Below are positions 57,993-64,000 of a DNA stretch of 64,000 nucleotides, one piece after another; positions within the stretch are counted from its first letter, which is position 1; every line of letters begins with the position of its first letter. Below the pieces are notes generated by a model. That model was not told where the DNA came from. It did no database searches and saw nothing but the letters and a program-made list of their open reading frames with translations. The stretch comes from Antedon mediterranea (Eukaryota; Animalia; Echinodermata): positions 25,804,070 to 25,868,069 of the forward strand of contig NC_092671.1 in assembly GCF_964355755.1 (NCBI RefSeq). Direction: 5' to 3'. A program made the translations under genes and the position numbers.

Positions 57993-59561
57993 TAGTGAAA
58001 GTTCTATCCTATACCTTATATGCCTACATACTTTATTTTGGAATCATTGTAGAGGTCTAACATTAATATGCTGTAAATCAACGGCTCAATGTAAATTGTA
58101 AAACCTACCATTGGCATGACATCAACTTAGTTTGATCTCCGCCAGAAAATCTTAAGAACTCGCTTTAACTTTCTAATTTTTGTAAAAAGTACTTGTCGAG
58201 CAGCAAAAGCAATACAGAATGTAAATAAATTAAAGTTATTGTTGGTATGGTAGTGTGGCAACTCGTTGGTACGAGCAACGCATGTACGCACCACGCAGAA
58301 ATTACGCGACGCACATGAAATCTTAAGCACGCAACAACACGATCGGCGAAAACTTAAAATAATTGAGAATTTCAAGAAAGCTTTGCGATCGATACTAAAT
58401 ATCAAGAAAAAAATAATACATTGTTGCAATAGACTATTCAGTCGTAATTATTTTGTCATTTTGTTAAAACTCTGTCTTAAATTTTACGAAATGGCAGCAA
58501 AATTGTCACCTGGAAAAATTAATTTGAATATGCAAATAAGTAGCACTGTTTCAACAGTTTTCAACTAGAAATATTTTAACTACAATTATTCTTCTTACTA
58601 TTAATAAGTTTAACACTTTTTGTAATGCTATATTTAGTTTATCTTACAACGCTTTTAAAATCTCTTACAATATCAGTTGGTTAATAACCAACACCTATGT
58701 ATTGCGATGTGGAATGACATACATATACTGTAAGTGACGTATTTGTCTTTACTCTGGTTTCTCTGCATCACGCATAAATCTTTCGCCTTTTACTAAAGAT
58801 TTCCGTGTAGAGGAACAACTATTGAGTTTCAACTCAATTTTTCTCAACCCTTGTTTTTTGAACGAGGGTAATTAAGAAATGTTAATGTCAGAAATGTAAT
58901 TATTATCAAGACAAGCTACGAGATATACATTTATATTCAAATGTGATTTTTAGAATACACTTTATTTGGTCATAATGACAGTACCCGTTTATGATGGGAT
59001 TTTTTTTATTGAAATCATAGGCCTAACAAATTACAAATAATTAAGTAATGATAATTTAATTGTTTTCAACACGCTATTGTACCGTATTTCATTGAACGCT
59101 GTGTTGTTACGTAACAACAAACGCGATTATCAACTTCAATAACTATTTCAAATATGCAAAAATGAAGGCATGGTTTTTGTACTTTTTTTCAATGGTTAGT
59201 CAATATTTACGTTACTATTTTTTTATAATAATAGTTTAATTTATATTACGGGACTTTGGATTTGTGGTGCTAAAAACTCCAAAAACAGATTCACAATTGT
59301 TTCTAACTTTTGTTGATAACACACACTATTTCAAACCTATTTATTTCGATAGGTAATTGTATACATATACCGTTGTCGCATGTTTTTCTTTACTCTGGTT
59401 TCTCTGCATAACGCATAAATCTTTCGCCTTTTACTAAAGATTTCCGTGTAGAGGAACAACTATTGAGTTTCAACTCAATTTGTCTCAACCCTTATATCTC
59501 TATAAGGGTAATTTATGAAATTAAGAATAGAATAAATAAATATTTTATTAAGTAGGCCTAT

Positions 59562-60207
59562 TGTAATAAATTACCATTCCCTAACATATAGAGTAACATA
59601 GTACTGTATTTACATGAACATTCTAGAATAAGATGTTTTGATTTAAGAAACCATGTGTAATTAATAAGAACAATCAAGAACATTCCAGTATGCTATTAAT
59701 AGAAACTGTAATTAATAGAATAAGAAGAAGTATAAGGAATGATCTAGAAGGTTATGAACATATTGTATATAAGGGGAAGTATGACAATTGTAAGAGGGAG
59801 AAGGATTTTTGATTGAAGCATTTATTTTGAAGAAGGTTGTTGGATTAGAGGTTGGATTAGAGGTTGGATATTTATATTGTACAGTTAGTGTGAAGCTGTT
59901 GTTTAAAGTGCTTACTGGATTGTTAAAAGTTGAAGTTGATTGAAATTAAAGCTTTGTTTTGAGTTATTTTTACAACTTTGTGGATTTTGTGTGTATACTT
60001 TTATGTCACAAGGGAGTTCCTAAAGTATTTTCAACCGCTCGGAAACATACGTGAGAGGAGTTCGTGACGCTATACAAAATATTTACTCGCATACAGCTCA
60101 GGAAAAGGTCGGTAATTTGACTAGAGTACCACGTGAGGAGGACCTGTGGTGTAGGCTTAAGTATTCATTTTTTTTATATTTTTTATACAATTTGGTGAGG
60201 GTGGGAT
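59562..60207 (+). mobile_element. Probable LTR (59562-60189) followed by a degenerate tRNA-Leu-type PBS
   Basis: TGTA...TACA ends, internal TATATAA and ATTAAA, then TGGTGAGGGTGGGAT resembling the Gypsy Leu PBS TGGTG..GTGGGAT; no internal coding region. Confidence 0.5.
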
Positions 60208-60215
60208 TACCAGTA

Positions 60216-60353
60216 AAGCTTGGTTCCCACTCGCAACGTAAGTGATTTGACCAATCATAAGCGATGGATTATTCGAACAGTAGCTTGTCATTGGTCAACT
60301 CGCTTGCGTTGCACGTACGTCCTTGTGTTGCGTCTCTAGTGGGAACCACGCTT
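60216..60353. mobile_element. MITE, same family, duplicated together with its flanks from 57855
   Basis: Same termini and the same flanking sequence on both sides as 57855-57992. Confidence 0.8.
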
Positions 60354-61451
60354 TAGTGAAAGTTCTATCCTATACGTTGTATGCCTATACATACATACTT
60401 TAACTCAATTTTTCTCAACCCTTGTTTTTTGAACGAGGGTAATTATGAAATGTTAATGTCAGAAATGTCATTATTATCAAGACAGGCTACCAGATATGCA
60501 TTTATATTCAAATGTGATTTTTAGAGTACACTTTATTTGGTCATATGTAAAGTACCCGTTTATGATGTGATTTTTTTTATTGAATTCATAGTCCTAACAA
60601 ATTACTAATAATTAAATAATGATAATTTAATTGTTTTCAACACACTATTGTACCGTATTTCATTGAACGGTGTGTTTAGGTAACAACGAACGCGATTATC
60701 AACTTCAATAACTATTTCAAATATGCCAATGAAGGCATGGTTTTTGTACTTTTTTTCAATGGTTTATTCAATATTTACGTTACTATTTTTTAAATATAAT
60801 AGTTTAATTTATATTACGGGACTTTGGATTTGTGGTGTTAAAAACTCCAAAACAGGTTCAACATTGTTTCTAACTTTTGTTAATAACACACACTATTTCA
60901 AACCTATTTATTTCGATAGGTAATTGTATACATATACCGTTGTCGCATGATTTTCTTTACTCTTGTTTCTCTGCATCACGCATAAATCTTTCGCCTTTTA
61001 CTAAATATTTCCGTGTAGAGGAACAACTATTGAGTTTTAACTCAATTTTTCTAAACCCTTGTTTTTTGAACTAGGGTAATTATGAAGTGTTAATGTCAGA
61101 AATGTAATTATTATCAAGACAGGCTACCAGATATACATTTATATTCAAATGTGATTTTTAGAATACACTTTATTTGGTCATAATGACAGTACCCGTTTAT
61201 GATGTGATTTTTTTTATTGAAATCCTAGGCCTAACGAATTACTAATAATTAAATAATGATAATTTAATTGTTTTCAACACACTATTGTACCGTATTTCAT
61301 TGAACGCTGTGTTACGTAACAACAAACGCGATTATCAACTTTAATAACTATTTCAAATATGCAAATGAAGGCATGGTTTTTGTACCTTTTTTCAATGGTT
61401 AGTCAATATTTACTTTACTATTTTTTTAAAATAATAGTTTAATTTATATTA

Positions 61452-61550
<99 letters not shown>

Positions 61551-61732
61551 TCAACATACGGAGGTTGATAAGTCATTTGTGGCATATAAATCCTCGGCAC
61601 ATAATAATATGGTGTTTCCCCGCAGTAATAGTGGTAAGCCATTTCTATACGTCCCCGCACTACGATTTTTTCAAACAGAATGTGTGATTGCTAAAGCTTT
61701 GTTGGAATTTAAGGTACAGGTGAATCATTGAA

Positions 61733-62887
61733 TTATCATATAATTTGCGGACCATGACCGAAGCACTTCCGCTTCGATCTATTCGACGAAAATAAAAAAA
61801 AGGATAACTATTTTCTGCTTTATACTTAATTTAATGTAATGGTGATCTAATAAAAGGCGTAACAACACATAATACATATTGTAGTTTAATACTGGCTTAA
61901 ATATTTTTGTTTTATATAAACTGTATTCAAAAAAATAGTTCTTTTCTAATGAAGAATCTGGGAAGTTTACAATCAAGCAACAACACCACATTCTACGTGA
62001 ATTCTGCTGTACGTGAACTAGCCTTAATACCGCCTGATTACGGTATATAGGTCTACAGTATTAGCTTCAGAATAAATGACGACGCATTTGTTGTACCTTG
62101 ATAGACAGAGCCCCATTACAGATAATCTGTTCTGCAGCACAATACAACTGTACACGCGGTGATTCAACTAAAAGCAGTAAAAAGATTTTGGCACACAAGG
62201 CGTATCATATAATTTGCGGACCATAACCGAAGCACTTCCGCTTCGATCTATTCGACGAAAATAAAAAAAAGGATAACTATTTTCTGCTTTATACTTAATT
62301 TAATGTAATGGTGATCTAATAACAGGCGTAACAACACATAATACATATTGTAGTTTAATACTGGCTTAAATATTTTTGTTTTATATAAACTGTATTCTAA
62401 AAAATAGTTCTTTTCTAATGAAGAATCTGGGAAGTTTACAATCAAGCAATAACACCACATTCTACGTGAATTCTGCTGTACGTGAACTATCCTTAATACC
62501 GCCTGATTACGGTATATAGGCCTACAGTATTAGCTTCAGAATAAATGACGACGCATTTGTTTTACCTTGATAGACAGAGCCCCAAGCAGACAGCCCACAT
62601 TACAGATAATCTGCTCTGCAGCACAATACAACTGTACACGCGGTGATTCAACTAAAAGCAGTAAAAAGATTTTGGCACACAAGGCGTATCATATAATTTG
62701 CGGACCATGACCGAAGCACTTCCGCTTCGATCTATTCTACGAAAATAAAAAAAGGATAACTATTTTCTGCTTTATACTTAATTTAATGTAATGGTGATCT
62801 AATAACAGGCGTAACAACACATAATACATATTGTAGTTTAATACTGGCTTAAATATTTTTGTTTTATATAAACTGTATTCTAAAAAA
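61733..62887. repeat. ~470-bp tandem repeat (~2.4 units)
   Basis: TATCATATAATTTGCGGACC at ~61734, 62203, 62687; near-identical units. Confidence 0.93.
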
Positions 62888-63836
62888 TGACAATTTAGAA
62901 CTTAATTTTGCAATAGTACCTAATTTGGCGCCTTAAACGCCAAATTAAGTGCGGTACCTCATTTGGCAGTGGTACCTCATTTGGCGTGACACCCCTACTG
63001 TTCTGTATCCCGTTTGTCTTAATTTCCAAGTAAAAATGAGGTACCACCACGTAACTCCTTATGATTAGGCTTATTATCATAGAAGAGTACTATACGGACG
63101 TCGTACCTGGAAATCACGGGAATTCAGTGTTTGTTGACCAATCATTTTTTAAAGAGCCGTATCTGACCATTGCATTGCCCAGTCTGTAAAATTACAGCAG
63201 GCCTACTTTATATTATTGTGTTTTCCCTGTTTATCGATACCATGAAGGAAAACGTTTTTGTTCAATCAGAAAACTTTGCGAGATTTTTTTTAATGGATAT
63301 TATAATTTATAGTTAGTCACCTGATTTTTGTGGCAAATCATTAATAGTTTTGACATTGTTAGGGACTATAAGACAGATTTTGGTTGCATGATTGTGGAAA
63401 ACCATCAATGTGGGTTTTTCTTCATACAAGCTACAGCCAAAATATAATAGGGGTATATATTTTTTCAAAGTCATCGTCAAACGCTGAGAGTCAATACAGT
63501 ATTTCAAACGCATTCTTTCACCTCTAATTGCTCACATTTAATTAATAATATACTGAAATAAATTCGAGAAAACATTAACTTATTGTGTTTTGTTTTATTT
63601 ATTGATCGTTGTTTATCGTTTGTAAACCACAGAAAACCACAACTATAAAGAATAAAACATAAATTCACAAAATGCAACAAATTAATACAGTATTTGCGAG
63701 TGCAATCATGAAACATTAATATTATAAGTACTTTATCGAAACATATAAAAATAATTGTGCAGATAATAGCACGTTGATATAAAATTCTTTCTATTTACAA
63801 GGAATTCATTTAATATTTAAATTTATTTCCAACGAA

Positions 63837-64000
63837 ATGAAGAATCTGGGAAGTTTACAATCAAGCAACAACACCACATTCTACGTGAATTCTGCTGTAC
63901 GTGAACTAGCCTTAATACCGCCTGATTACGGTATATAGGCCTACAGTATTAGCTTCAGAATAAATGACGACACATTTGTTGTACCTTGATAGACAGAGCC
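63837..64000. repeat. Resumption of the ~470-bp repeat to the window end
   Basis: AATGAAGAATCTGGGAAGTTTAC..GACAGAGCC matches 61948-62112. Confidence 0.9.

Larger units (their letters stand above)
57091..61447. repeat. ~610-640-bp tandem repeat array, interrupted
   Basis: TTCGCCTTTTACTAAAGATTTCCGTGTAGAGGAA anchor at ~57091, 57704, 58782, 59423, 60990; a partial unit from ~60400. Confidence 0.88.

Noticed and set aside
61779-62460. Duplicated 70-aa ORFs
   Set aside because: Chance ORFs in AT-rich tandem repeat units with no protein features.

Overview
AT-rich, repeat-dense animal genomic DNA with spliceosomal introns; an invertebrate, possibly an echinoderm (inference, not determinable from the window). 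It is not prokaryotic and has no CRISPR array. The one clear host gene is KRIT1/CCM1 (NPxF motifs, ankyrin repeats, FERM) on the minus strand. I traced 14 phase-compatible coding exons by hand (24993 to 6931) but found no exon for the N-terminal Nudix domain. Its introns hold a 4-kb fold-back AcademX DNA-transposon derivative, a 22-bp minisatellite and a 126 x 45-bp minisatellite with higher-order duplications, which explains the giant repetitive 'ORFs'. Downstream lies a young Penelope-like retroelement (RT + GIY-YIG) with an inverted pseudo-LTR, a 12-bp target-site duplication and a minimal hammerhead ribozyme in each arm. The right half is a transposon graveyard: MITEs, 5S rRNA fragments, a fragmented Polinton/adintovirus protein-primed PolB enclosing spliced exons of a membrane-protein gene, a second AcademX element, LINE remnants, a probable LTR+PBS and two long-unit tandem repeats. 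All family assignments come from motif recognition by eye, without database searches.
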